Source of the DNA: Vitrella brassicaformis CCMP3155
Lineage: Eukaryota; Protista; Chromerida
NCBI GenBank assembly: GCA_001179505.1
Contig: CDMY01000347.1
Span: forward strand, 248,001 to 312,000
Direction: 5' to 3'
DNA: 64,000 nucleotides
In this document: piece by piece, positions 11,470-24,100 of the stretch
Numbering within the stretch: the first letter of the stretch is position 1
How the letters are laid out: every line of letters starts with the position of its first letter
The notes under the pieces: model-generated
The model's database searches: none
The model's input: only the letters and a program-made list of their open reading frames with translations
Told to the model about the DNA's origin: nothing
Program-made: the position numbers and the translations under genes

Positions 11470-13287
11470 ATGGCTCTTAGCGGACCACTGCGGCTCATCC
11501 ATTGCCCTGCACCCCGCTTAGCAGCCCTGCTGCTGCGAAGATCTATGGCAACCATGTGCTGGTCAGCCGAGGACATCGCACGAGCCCGCAGCGACACGCC
11601 AGGCCTGCATTCATCCCACCGCAGGGGCGCCGGCATCCATCTCAACGCCGCAGGCTCATCCCTGCTGCCCAGCACTGTCACCGATACTGTTGTCTCTTAC
11701 CTGAGGGAAGAGGCTCTAAGAGGCGGCTATGAAACGGCGGATGCACACGAGGCAGAGATCTCTGACGTGTATGAGGCGATTGGCGAGATGCTGCACTGTG
11801 AGTCAAGCGAGGTGGCGTTGTCTGAGTCGGCGACGGTTTCTTGGGACTCGGCGTTCTTCTCTCTGCCGTGGGCGGATGGGGACCGGGTGTGCATCGGGAA
11901 GGCTGAGTACGCGTCCAACGCCATTGCCATCCTCAACCTTAAGCAGAGGAAAAACATAGAGGTACGCTTGTGTGTGAGCGAGAGGTGAGTTGAGGGCACA
12001 CACACGTGTCTTCCCATCGGGTGTTGTCAGGTTGTGGAGATCGCCGACGACTCGTCGGGACAGTTCGATCTCTCCGCCCTCAGTGCAGCTCTTCAGGACG
12101 ACCTCACAGCCAAGAGGCGGCGCATGACGGTCGTGTCCATGACACACGTGCCGACAAATGGGGGACTCATCAATGATGCGGAGTGGTGCGGTCGGATCAT
12201 TGAGGAGCACAACGCCAGGGTGGCCGCCGCAGGCCTGTGCAGAGTGGATGGCATCGACTCGACCATCTTCCTCCTGGACGCATGTCAATCGTGCGGGCAG
12301 GTGGGATGGGAGGGAGGGAGGGAGGGATGCACTGCACTGCACTGCACGGGACAGGCCACTTCCATTCTTGACCGTGGGGTGCGTATGTGTTTTCACGTGC
12401 GTTGTGTGTATGACAGATTGATCTGGACGTCCGGCGCCTCAAGTGCCACTTCCTCTCGGTGACGGGACGGAAATACCTCAGGGCGCCCCGGTGCGGTACG
12501 CACCCGACCCGCTCAGGACAGGACATGCACACGACGGACACGACACATCTCCACGAGTCGAGTTGTGTCTTTGCTGGCTTTGGTCGACCACTTCAGAGGC
12601 ACCGGGTTCCTGTATGTGACCAAGCGGCTGCTCAACAGGGGTTTCCTCAACCCCATGTACGCCGACCTGCGCTCAGCCAGGTACGGCACGCGCTCAGAGG
12701 CACACAGGGGGGGAGCTGAGTGTGCATCGATCGCCGGGCTGGTTTCCATTCTTTGCAGTTGGTTGGGCAAGGACCAGTTTGAGCTGGCCAGCACCGCCAA
12801 GTGCTTCGAGCTGTGGGAGAGCAGCATCGCCTGCCGGCTGGGACTGGGGGCCGCCGTCAGATACGCACTGCAGATCGGTACACACCTTTCCGTCACGCTA
12901 CGCTCGCTGACCTTTACATTCTCATTCCTGCGTGCAGGTCTGCCCAACGCAGAGAAGCGCATCCAGGCACTCGCCAGCCTCCTCCGAGGGCAGCTACGTG
13001 AGCTGCCCACCGTCACAGTGCGCGACAAGGGCGGCGCACGACAGGGCGGCATTGTGTCCTTCACGTGCCAGTCAGCAGCGGGCAAGGCCATCCCAGCAGA
13101 CAGGGTCAAGAGCATGCTGAGCGAGAGGGGCGTCGACGTGTCGGTGAGTAGTGCGGCTTCCACGCTGATCGACATGAGGGAGCGGGGGATCGATGCTGTG
13201 GTACGTGCGTCGGTGCACTACTACAACACAGAGGAGGAGATGACGCTTTTTGTGGGTGTGTTGCGAGATGTGCTCGAGAACGTTTAG
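11470..13287 (+). CDS. PLP-dependent aminotransferase class V (cysteine desulfurase / C-S lyase-like, bacterial-type subfamily)
   Basis: HLNAAGSS, EASESAT-like ALSESAT, AEYASN, MTHVPTNGG, LLDACQSCGQ, SVTGRKYLR(A)P|RGTGFLYV (PLP lysine), FELWE and VVRASVHYYNTEEE. Several short introns. Confidence 0.88.
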
Positions 13288-13632
13288 TTCGCTGGCTGAC
13301 AGTTTTCTTCGTCGACTGAGTGGACGATTCATTCAACGATTTTGCCTCTGTACTGTCAATTGTCAATGGCCAATTCAGCCATGGTACACGCGAAGGAACC
13401 ATGCCGCCACAGAACAAAGGAAGAAAGAAACAAAGGCGTCGCAGCTCGTGTCCGCGGGAGTTGCAGATCATAACAACTCGCTGCGTGAGAAGCACACTTG
13501 ACGAGCTGTTGTGACCAGCCCCTGCCACGCACACGGCCTGCCGCCGTGACAACACAAAGGCTCAGGTAGAGACAGACACAGCCCTACCTATGTACAAGGC
13601 GCTCACATGACTCCACCCACCCGTGTCGCCTC

Positions 13633-14085
13633 TTAACACCCGATACACCTCGGCACAGCAAGAGCACTCAAGCACGACGACGCCTTGACCACGCGGATGC
13701 GGTACCTCGCCTCGCCGCCCTGGCCGTCGTTGCCCATGAACATCAGAGCCGCTCTCAGCATGCCCGCTCCGCGGTGGTGCTCCAAAGCCACGATGGCCTC
13801 CTGTCTGCCCTCGTCATATTTGACGATGTCGAACGCGCCGATGGCTGCAGGACCGCCAACCGCACCCAGCAGCCGCCTGATGCCTGCCCGGATTGCACAT
13901 TCGAAATCCCATGCGGTCCACGGCGATGATGTGGAGGCTGCTGCCGCTGCCGCTGCTGATGCGGATGAGTCTGGGATGGCGTCCGCTGTGTCGATGTGCA
14001 CCAGGAGGTAGTAGGTGTCGGGTGTGAAGGCCATCATGCCATTCTTCGACGGCTGGCGCTGCTGTTGAGGACGCTCAGGCTCCAT
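13633..14085 (-). CDS. Rpp14/Pop5-family RNase P/MRP subunit-like protein, single exon
   Basis: YYLLVHI..FECAIRAGIRRLLGAVG..FDIVKYD..AIV..LRAAL..RIRVVKASSCLSAL matches the Rpp14/Pop5 pattern. Confidence 0.7.
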   Translation of the reverse strand: MEPERPQQQRQPSKNGMMAFTPDTYYLLVHIDTADAIPDSSASAAAAAAASTSSPWTAWDFECAIRAGIRRLLGAVGGPAAIGAFDIVKYDEGRQEAIVALEHHRGAGMLRAALMFMGNDGQGGEARYRIRVVKASSCLSALAVPRCIGC

Positions 14086-14855
14086 GGCTGCAAGGGAAGC
14101 GAAAGGGGGAAGATCCGCATCTCGCCGCTTAGCTCGCTTCCTCAGAAGGGACTGAATGCATACGTCTGTGGCTGAATGCTGCACAGGGGGTCACTCACGG
14201 AAAGATCGCCCACACAGAATAGTTCAATCCACCGACACGCTTATTGGTGTCAACACACAGAGTCGCAACACACACACAGACGGCAAAGAAGCACACCAGG
14301 CGCAAAAGGCAGGACCCACAGGGCCAGCACCGTCGATCTGCAGTGCGTATGAAAATCGTCAGCACCGCAAAGAGAAGGGCTGCATGGAGTCACATCACCC
14401 GCATGACACCCACGAGCTCTCTCTCTCTCTCTCTCTGTGCTGAGCACACGGCTGGCCACCCCGGCAACGAGGAAGAGAACAGCGGACGTGTGTATATACG
14501 TACAAACATGTGTAGATGTACACATCAACGACGTCCACCCATACACATAGTCTGCAGCCGGCATCAAAGCATAAATAAAGTGGCCTGTGCTACAAATAAG
14601 TCGATATGACCTGTACGTATCCATGTGTGAGTGCATGTGCATGTGCACGTGACAGGATCCGTGAGTCTGTCAAGCACACCCACCCACACACTCAAATATG
14701 AACTTGGCGATATGATATCATCCCAAGCAGGCATGAAACCTGCATGTCCTCTTCATGAAACCGCAAAAACGCTTTCGAAACGCACCCATGGCCACCCAGA
14801 CGACGCAGCCCTCCACTTATGTGCACATGTCGACAGCAAAACACCGGCCGTGTCA

Positions 14856-16938
14856 TCACTTGATGCCAAAGTGGTGCAGCACGGCGCCCCAGTGGTCGAG
14901 GCAGCTTTTCCGCACCTCGGATGGGATCCTGGCGCCGTTCTCAGGGGTGTCCTCCTTGTGATACAAAGCGGCCCTGACAAAGTGTGCGTCTGGGCCAAGT
15001 CCACTGTGCATGGTCCACACGTTCCCGAAGGCGACGATCGTGTCGCCATGCCGATGGCCATGCACGATGACGTAGCGGTAGAGGCTGAAGCTACGTCCTG
15101 CCGGCCGGAAGTTGTCCAGGTCCCCCCAATCCATCATGTGCTCCATGGTGAGGTAATCGCCGATGCCGATCGGCTGTGTGGCAAGGGCGACAAACTTGTC
15201 GTTGAGAGCGCCGTCGTAGCCGGTGACCTCCTTGTGTTGGGGCGAGTCAAACAATGGCAGGGTGCTAATCATGGCGAAGATGGTGAACGAGGGATAAAGC
15301 ATCGTGGTATGCCGAATGACGGGGTCGCTCGTCGAGTACGAGGCCTGCAACGAGGTGAACGTCAGGACGGATACAGACAGAAGGAAGAGCGCATAACAGA
15401 TTCACCTTGTAGGGATGGTCGTCAGGCAGATGGCCGTAGGGAATGATGTGGAATGCCGTATCTCCCAACCTGTACCGGTCAGCCGTGTTGTAGTCGAGAG
15501 CGCTGATGTCCGAGCCGCCGGGCTGGCTCTCGATGCTGTGGACCGACCCGGCGTGCGACTCCATATCCTCCTCATCCTGAAATCGACGGTTCCAAGCCTC
15601 TTGAGCTGACACGACACAGACAGACAGACAGACAGAATCAGGAAGACTGTCCTCGTTGCGTGGTGTGTCGACGCACGCGTGTACCTACCTCGTGTCTCGA
15701 GCATCGCGTGGCGGTCCCTCAGCCTCGCCCTGATGACCAAACACACATACTCCCAGTGTGCCGTGTTGTGAGTTGCGCGTACAGTCTTGCCTGTGTAAGG
15801 TACGTACCGCTGCGACGGGTCGAGCTCGATGACGTCGTTCATGTCCCAGAGTGCATGGTCCCACTTGCCCTGCGCCTCGTAAGCACAGCAGCGACGGTAG
15901 TAGGCCTACACACAGCACACGGACATGAAGGGCCTGACGTGTTGCTGCACATGATGGTGTGATATCTCTGGCGACCTTGACGTATTGCTCGTCATGTTTG
16001 ATGCTCTTGCTGCAGTCGACAATCGCAGCATCATAGTTGCCCTGCTGAATGTGACACGCACCCCTGACCAACACACAACACGACACGACGCAGCACAGCA
16101 CACACAGTGAGCCCTATTGTTCTCTTCATCCCCCGTTGCTCTCTCTCTGTACAGGTTGGCGAGTACGATAGCCTTGAGGCCTGGCTGATCCCGGGGGCAC
16201 ACATCCACCGCATCTGCTCAACGCGCGCACACCCACACCCACACCCACACCATACGCATGTCATGGCTCCCACCCCCCTCACGCACCCACTCTCTCACCT
16301 GAGTAGGGTTTGATGGCATCGTCGTAGCGCCCCTCCCGATAGTGCACGTTCCCCGCCTCCTTGAGCCGCTCGCACGCCGCCTTGTCCATCACCACCAGGG
16401 TCTGCTCCCGGCCCTCATTGCTCAGCAGCTGCCGGAATGTCTTGTAGACGCCCATCACCAGCGGCAGCTTGCGGAAGGCCGTCGTGGTGGGGATGGTGTC
16501 CATGATGCCCAGAGGCGGCAGCACGATCGGCAGCTGCTCCACCACCTCACAGTTCTTGGCCACGCGTGCGAATGGCGCCATCGACGGCCACAGCGCCGCC
16601 CCCTCCTCAAAGAGCCATGCGCACCGGGAGAGGTAGCCGAAGTAGGTGAGCCCATCGGGCATCACCACCTCAGCATGCGCATCCGTCGTTGGGGCGCTCG
16701 TCGGGGCGGCGCCATCTCCCTCCTCATCTTGGTTGCTGTCCTCATCTTGGTGCTGCCGGTGGACGTCGAAGAGTCCGTCGAGGCCGTGGCGGGTCAGGGA
16801 GCCCTCGATGCGGCGGAGCATCACCGTGTTGTCGATGAGAGAGCCCTCAGTGCCGGAGATGCATCTGACGCTGAGCAGATCACGGATAGTACCGAAGCGG
16901 CTGCTACGCCACAGATCCAGGGGCACCTGATGCGACAT
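14856..16938 (-). CDS. TPR-repeat protein with an F-box-like N-terminus and an unassigned C-terminal domain
   Basis: TPRs: ERLKEAGNVHYREGRYDDAIKPYS, CHIQQGNYDAAIVDCSKSIKHDEQYVK|AYYRRCCAYEAQGKWDHALWDMNDVIELDP. Exons continue in frame to HHFGIK* at 14856. Confidence 0.75.
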
Positions 16939-17100
16939 GATGCCTGGGAAAAACGGACGGCTGGAAAAACGCCACGGTTCGTGCGACTGATCCGAAGCCA
17001 GCTAGCACGCGCGAGAAAGGCGAACAGATCTGCATCCCCGGAGAGAAAGCTTTGCGCGTAGACTGAGGACACTCACACCTTCGAGAGGTCTCCATCGCCG

Positions 17101-17558
17101 ATGAGCAACACATCCGAATCGAACGGGATGCGCACCATCGTGGCCCTCATCAGGAAGCTCCAGCTGGACTGCGAGGTGTACCAGCACCTCACGGAAGATC
17201 TCAGGTGCGACAAAGCAAGGAGCTCCTGGCCACACAACATCCCCATTCACCAATTTTTGTCTGTGTGCTCATGAGCAGGAGCCTGCTTGACCGGCTGCTA
17301 GAGAGCGCCTCAGCAGCGTGTGAGGAGCAGCAGACAAGCGCCACCACTGACGAGCAGGAGGGCCTCAAGGAGCCCTCAGCGCTGGAGATGATGCTGGTCA
17401 TCACTTTTGCACGGCCTGAGTCGACTCGTTATCAGACGTGCAAGGAGTATCTGGGCGATGCATTCGAGAGCGTGAGGATGCAGGCGCGGCAGCAGCTGGA
17501 GAGCATATGTAACGAGAGACCGACAGACTCTGCCTGCCGTTGCGCTAAGAATAAATGA
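17101..17558 (+). CDS. Hypothetical protein (about 127 aa, 2 exons, helical)
   Basis: MSNTSESNGMRTIVALIRKLQLDCEVYQHLTEDLR|SLLDRLLESAS..CAKNK*. The phase-2 intron 17205-17278 restores the frame. Confidence 0.65.
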
Positions 17559-18121
17559 CTGACTGGTGAGGCCTGCCTCTTCTCTAGTGTTGTCTGATAG
17601 ATGTCTTTTCTGCGTATCTCAGAGGGGGTGGGTGGCTGAGTCTGTCTGGCCTTGCTCACGTGAGACGTTTTTCCCCGTTCTGTACAGTTTGGTGCAGTCC
17701 GTGTGTTGGCTTTGCCTGGTGTCACGATCGGTAGGTACCCCCTGCTGCAGCCATGTGCTGTGTGGCCTGTGCACGCACAGCCCACACAGGCCATTGCTGC
17801 AGCAAGTGCTACCAATCGCTACCCAGGGAGCTCGACAGGGCGAAGCTGTTTTTCACCATTTTACCACGAGGCACGAGTGCTTCTTGCGTGACGTATGCAT
17901 ATTCATGAACTGCTCCGCAGCCGCCAAATCCTGGTTTGGTGTACTGCAGACCGACGCTGCATGAACGGATTGGTTTTGTGGCAGGAAAACGCCATGAAAA
18001 TCCGTTAGTACAGCAGCAACTGATTGAAGTCCAGTTGGGCCACGAATGCTATGAGAACAGCAAAACACACAAGCAGAGCAGAGGCACAGACAGACGCAAG
18101 AGAGCTCACGCACACAGGGCA

Positions 18122-21100
18122 TCACTCCTGCCCGTCATCAGCTGGGGGCTCGGCCTTCTCATCTGATGCCTCTCCTTCTGCATCGATGCAGAGAAACACA
18201 ATACAGCTAGCCTAGCACTAACACGGTCCTGCTTTGTGCGTGCACTTGTCATACCTGTATTGCCCTGATCGGCTGCCTCTTCGTCCGTCCCTTGGCGGGC
18301 TCCCTCCCCTCCCTGCCCACCTGCTTCCTCCTCGGCCGCGGCCCCTTGTTTGCCACCACTTTCCGGTTCTGCGTCCGTGTCTCGACTGGGCTGAGCGTCC
18401 TCCTGCTCTTCCTGCTGCTTTGCCTGCTCAGCGGCTTGAGGTGGCTCTACCTGCTGCCTCTCTTTCCCCTCTGGCCTCTCCAGGTCATGCGGGGCATCAT
18501 CAGCAGGCTTATCGCCCGCCTCGGGCTGGGCAGGTTGTGGTTTGGGCGGCTTTGGCTTTTTGGTTTCATCAGGGCGTTTCTTTTCGGTCTTTTTGGGGCT
18601 GTGGATCATGATAGGTGGCGGTGGGGCCTCGTGCGGTCTGGCCGTGTGCTCAAATGATGTCTCGACCTCTTCTGCGAGGGCGTGGAGCCTCGGCAACGCC
18701 TCAGACTTGCCTGCGCCTGCATCACAAAAGAGATGCAACCAACAATAGATCAGTGGCTGAGGTCCGTCCCTCGTCCAGTCACCTCCTGCGATGTCGACTC
18801 TGAGTTGGCTGAGTGACTTGCTGAGCCGCTGCTGGTTGGTCTTGGCCGCTATCTCTTCCAGCGCACCCAACCCCTCAGCCACTTCCTTCATCGCTGCCTG
18901 CACAAATGCGGAGGGAGAGAGGAAATGAGGAACGGTGGACGCTGGCTTGCCTGTGGAGAGACGGTGTCCATGACTCTGGCCAGGGCCCGCACACGATCTG
19001 CGAGCGGCTTGCCGGACGGCTCAAAGACAGCCACCACCTCACCGTACCTCTGATAATCGGCCAAGCTGACAAGACACACAAATGCAGAGTTCTCGCCTCT
19101 GCAGACTCTGGGTCTGGTGTGTGGCTACCGTCTCCTGAGTGTTGGGAACTGTGGTGTGGGGAGGTTCATGTGGTCGAAGAGGAGCTGCAGAGCCGCCGCC
19201 AAGACAGCATCGCTTGAAGCCTGACATGCACAACACGGCAGCAGATCCGGAGCAGACGATTGGTCGCTGCTGCTCGTAGACAGACCTCTGAGTTGAGTCC
19301 TGCCTTGAGGATAGCGATGTGGAACAATGCTTCTGTGAATTTGTCGAACGACATGGACTGGCCGGCAACGTGCCGGTACACGACTTTCATCTCCGACAGC
19401 GGCTGCAGGCCGAAGCACTGGACAATCTTGGCGAAATCCGAGACATCTATCGGCGACTTGCGAATCCCCAACACGTCATAAACCTGACGCATGCACATGA
19501 GCAGGAAAGCGATGACCGACACAGAAGCGTGCAGACAGGTGGGGATTTAACTTAACGGACCTTCCGCAGTCCCTTGTCGTGCTTTTTGAGAATTGCCGTA
19601 ATCTGATGAAAGGATGCAGACACAACATCCACAGACCACCCACATGCCCGTCAATGTCACTCACCTGATCTGATTTGAAAGCGCTGTTTATCCTCTCTTT
19701 CAGCTTCCGCTCTGTCTCCCTGTGTCCACGCATCTTGAGCAGCACGCGAGAGGGTTCCCGAGCGACGGGCGGATTGGTCCTGGCCGCCTCGTCGGACTGA
19801 GTGCGCCGCTGTCTCCTCCTGCTCTCGGGCGACTTGGCCTCCTTATCGCGCCCACGACGACGGACCTCGCGGTCCTGAGAGTCAGAGAAGGGGATGTCTG
19901 TTGTTTGTCACGGAGGCTGATGCATGTGTAAGGGCGCACCCGCTCAAACTCTGCCAGCTTTCTCCTCTTGGGCTCCAGCTGTGCACGCCGCCTCGCTGCC
20001 TCAACGGCTGCATGTTTCTCCTGCTGCTGTCGATCGGCCTCGGCCTTTTGCTCCTTCTCCTTCTCCCTCGCGGCCCGCTCCTCCTGCATTCTGATCAGCC
20101 GCTTCTGGATGAAGGCCGCTCTTTCTCGGCGACGCTTATCGGCCTCGGCCGCGGCTGCCCTGTCCTCCTGATGGTAGGTAGAGTACAGGCGATGCCCTCT
20201 CACGTCTGCCTCTCAACGTAGTTCTCAGTTACCTCGGCCTTCCTCTCCTTGTCCATCATGGCTCGGTTGACGAGCGTCCCGTCCTCCCTCACGATGGCCG
20301 GCATGGCGCTCTTGGCCCGAGCCTCTATCTCAGCTCTCCTCCCGCTCGACCGGGACCGCTCCCTGGCTGCTGACTTGCTCCTGCTCTTGGCAGAGGGAGG
20401 AGACACCTCACGCCTCGATGCTGCTGCCGGTGCTCGTGCGCGGGATTGCTTGGGTGCGGATGGTGGAGGGGCCGGTGGTTCCTCTGGCGAGGGCTGCGAT
20501 GGGGTGGGATGGCCGATGTGCTCGTGACCGATGACCACAGCACGGCGAGACGAGACTGCAGGTGGAGACAGACAATGGGCAATTGATCGGTTTTGGGATG
20601 ACAATGTGCTGTCATGTGTTACTTTGTTTGTTGAAGACCTCCAGGAAGTGCACGCCGAACGCGCGTGCGACAAGGTCGTCGAGTATCTCCGCACAATGCA
20701 GCTCCGACTGTCGCAGGGGCAGTGAGGGCGGCAGCGTGTGGTGCCGCACATCCATCGACACATCCTTGATCTCAAAACCTGTATGACAGAAACAACATGC
20801 TGACGCATCGATCGCGTTTATTGACCTGGCGGGATTTCATGAGGTTGTGGTTCGTTTCCCTCGTCAATTTTGGCGCTGAGTGAGTGGATGGTGCGGTTGA
20901 TGTAGCGCCGACACTGCTGCTTCTCACTGGCCGCAAACGGCTGAGACAGCGACTTCAACTGAGAGTGGCCCGACTTGCCTGTAGACAAGAAGAGCAACGA
21001 CTCATTTTGGCTGGCGGGTCTCCTTCCAATGCTTACCCGCGCTGGCTGCGATGTGTTGAATGAGTGCCATGAGCTGCCTGGCGCGGCCTGTCGATGGCCG

Positions 21101-24100
21101 CGGAACGGGCACACCATACAGCTCAAGAGACACACACTCTTCCGCATCATACCCTGGCAGCCAGCCAACACACACCCACACCCACATGATGTTGTGACTG
21201 AGTCGTTTCGGTTACCAGTGAAGGCGAGCTGTGCCATAATGTTCTTCCACTGCTCCTGAGTCAACGTGGCCCTGTCGCCCCTCGCGCCCCTCTCAAACGC
21301 TCCCTGTGCATGCTGCTGCTTGACGGCCATCCTGCCAAGCTCACTCACGGTCTCCTTCCTCAGCTCTCGCGATGTGTTTGGGACAATGTCCAGGTCTTTG
21401 AGCATCGTCAACAAGTCGGCCATGCGGATCACCTTAGACCCCTGAAGACGCAGGCAGCTGTTTGAGCGGGCTGGTTCGCTCGCCGGGCGTGTTGTGTGTG
21501 CTCACCTCACCTGTGCTTGCTGGTCGCGTCCCCTCGGAACCTACACATTCACAACACAGACATGGCCGCATTGCTGCAGGGCGTGTTACGTGAAGTGTGT
21601 CTTTGTCCGTTTGGCTTGCGTCTCTTACTGACTGTGTGATAGGACCCAAACAGGCGGTCAAGGGGCGTCTGATAGGCCTTGAACACCTGATTCACCTCCG
21701 TCTCCTCCTGCCGAGTCAGGTCCACCCACCGCACCACCTCTGCCGGCTTCTCTGCCTCAATTGGTCGTTGAGGCCTTGCTCTGGCCCTTTTGCTGGGAGA
21801 CCTAGCCACTTGGCCCACAGGCTTCTCTTCCGCAGCTTGTGCAGGTGGCGGTGGGGCCTCAGCCTCATTCATCGACGCCGAAGGGACGGATGAGGCGGCT
21901 GCTGGCGGAGGGGCGCGAGGCTTCCTCTTCTCATCCTTCTCCTCCTTCTTGTACGGCTCGCGGTGGGGCTTGCGAGGTGCTTGCTTTGCTTGAGGCGGCT
22001 CGATAGGCTGATCAATCGACCACCACAGACAAGCAAATGAGCAGGCGAGCAAGCAAACGTCGCCATTGCCTTCTGTGTCTGCGTTGATGGGCCCACCTGC
22101 GATACGGTTGTAGGTGTGGTCCTGTCTGCCTCTCCCTCCTCCTCTGTCTGTTCGTCATCCGCCATGAAGTCCTCACCCTCAACACCCATCATGACGTCCA
22201 TGTCCCGCCGCCGACGCTCATCGTCCTCCCGCTTCAGCTGGGCCAGGAACTCCTCCTTCGACAGCCGCCGCATCGTCATGGCCTCCTCCTCGGCCTCGAC
22301 CGACTGCAGCTCCTTCAGCAGAGACACTTCTAGCGAGGCGAGGTCTTCTTTCCAGTAGGCCGCCAGGACGCGCAGCTCCTCTTGGAAGGCGCCGAAGGTG
22401 CGGAAGTAAGCCCTGGGGGAGGTCAAGAGGGGTGCGTCTGTGTGCATGGACATCGATCGTGTCGCCTTTCTTTGCGTACCGACACAGGTCAAAGATGTCC
22501 CTCTGCATGATGGTTGACACGGCCGGGAGCTGCATCTGGATGAGCTTGGCCAGCACCTCCACTGCCACAGTCCGTTGATGCGTCTTGGCCCTCTCATCTT
22601 CATCCAGCAGCACACCGTCCCTCGAGGAGCCCTCAGGGCTGGGCACTGGCTGATTGCGGACGATGCTGGTGAGAGCGTTCTTGGTGAAGCGCGACAGCCA
22701 CTGCTGCAGCGCCGTGTCTGCGGCGAAGCGTGCACAGATGATCAAGAGGGGGATGGTGGCCGCACGGCTGAAGATGACGTCATTCAACACATACTGCCCA
22801 GAGAGGTCGGCCAGAAGCAGTGCGTGGCGGGGACCAAGCCTGCAGACAGAGACATGAAGAGAGCACTAAAAAGTCAGGTTCACGGGCGCCTCATCGGCCT
22901 GCGTGACCTTCTATGTTTGGCCATGACGATGAAGAGCTCCAAGTCCCTCATGCTGCCCTCCACCCCCTGCAGCTTCAGCTGCTTCACGTAAGGCTCGATC
23001 AACACACCTACAGGGACGCCATGCGTCGTCTTGAGAAACTGCGCCAGCCTCGCCACCATGAAGTCCCTTATTGGATTCTGCGACGACCGCATCATGCAGC
23101 ATCTATCGGCCACCTCCACACCGCCACCTTCTCCTTCTGCCGCACTCCCACGCGGCTGCCCCATCGCCCCCAGCTCGATCAGCGTAAACACAACCGTCCG
23201 GTACACGAGGGGCGTCAGTGTCGATCGCCGAGCGCACAGCTCGTCCAGGAGGGAGAAGAAGCATGTCAGGGCCGTCAGCTGAATGGTTTTGCTGCGGTTG
23301 AGGGCAGAGGCCTTGAGCGTGCCGAGGAGCCTGGCCGCCAAGTCCTCCTTGCGGGCCATCTGGACGGCATAGATGAGCCAGACGTCCGTGAGAAGCATGA
23401 GCGCCTTCTCCCGTGTGGAGCTGTCGCGCCCTGTGGCCGCCTGTAGAGCCGAGAACTCCATGACATACTCCGCCGCCCCCTGCCGCAGAAACAGCTCCAT
23501 GGCCGTGCGGTTCCTCAGCAGCGGCATGATCAGCTCGTGCACGCTCTCCAGATATCTCGACGCATCTGTGGCGAGCTGCTTGAGATGTGCAGCCACAAGG
23601 GGCAGGAAGGCGTGTTCGGAGCAGTGCTGGATGACGGACAGAGTGGACGTGCGGATGGCGGGGTGCGTGTCCAGCAGGGTGAGTGTGTGTCGGAGGCAGC
23701 CGGACTGCACGAACCAGCTGTAGAGGTCCTCTGACAGGTGGGCCTGGCCGAGCTGCGTGGCGCATGTGCTCACCAGCCGGCACGACCACTCAATCACCTC
23801 AGCACTCGGAGAGTGAAACCCTGCACACAACACCAAACAGAAGTTCGTTCAGCCGCCGCGTATTCTTTTGTTGCTCCTTCTGACCTTTGGCGAGCAGAGA
23901 CATGATGAGTGGGAGTGGCGCGGGATCTTCCACCAGCAACTCACACAGGAAGTTTGCCTGGTACATCTGCAGCCTCTCCAGCCAGCCCGCCAGCGCCCCA
24001 TAGTCCCCATGCAGCCCCGTGTGCATCAGCCTCCCCAACAGCTTCCCGCTCTCAGCCAGCAGCGCCATCGTCTGTGCCGGCGACAGTTCCAGGTCACGTA

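Noticed and set aside
17002-17253. Minus-strand ORF with an F-box-like 'PEIFREVLVHL' as a possible 5' exon of the TPR gene
   Set aside because: It has no ATG, and it is the antisense shadow of a better-supported spliced plus-strand gene starting at 17101.
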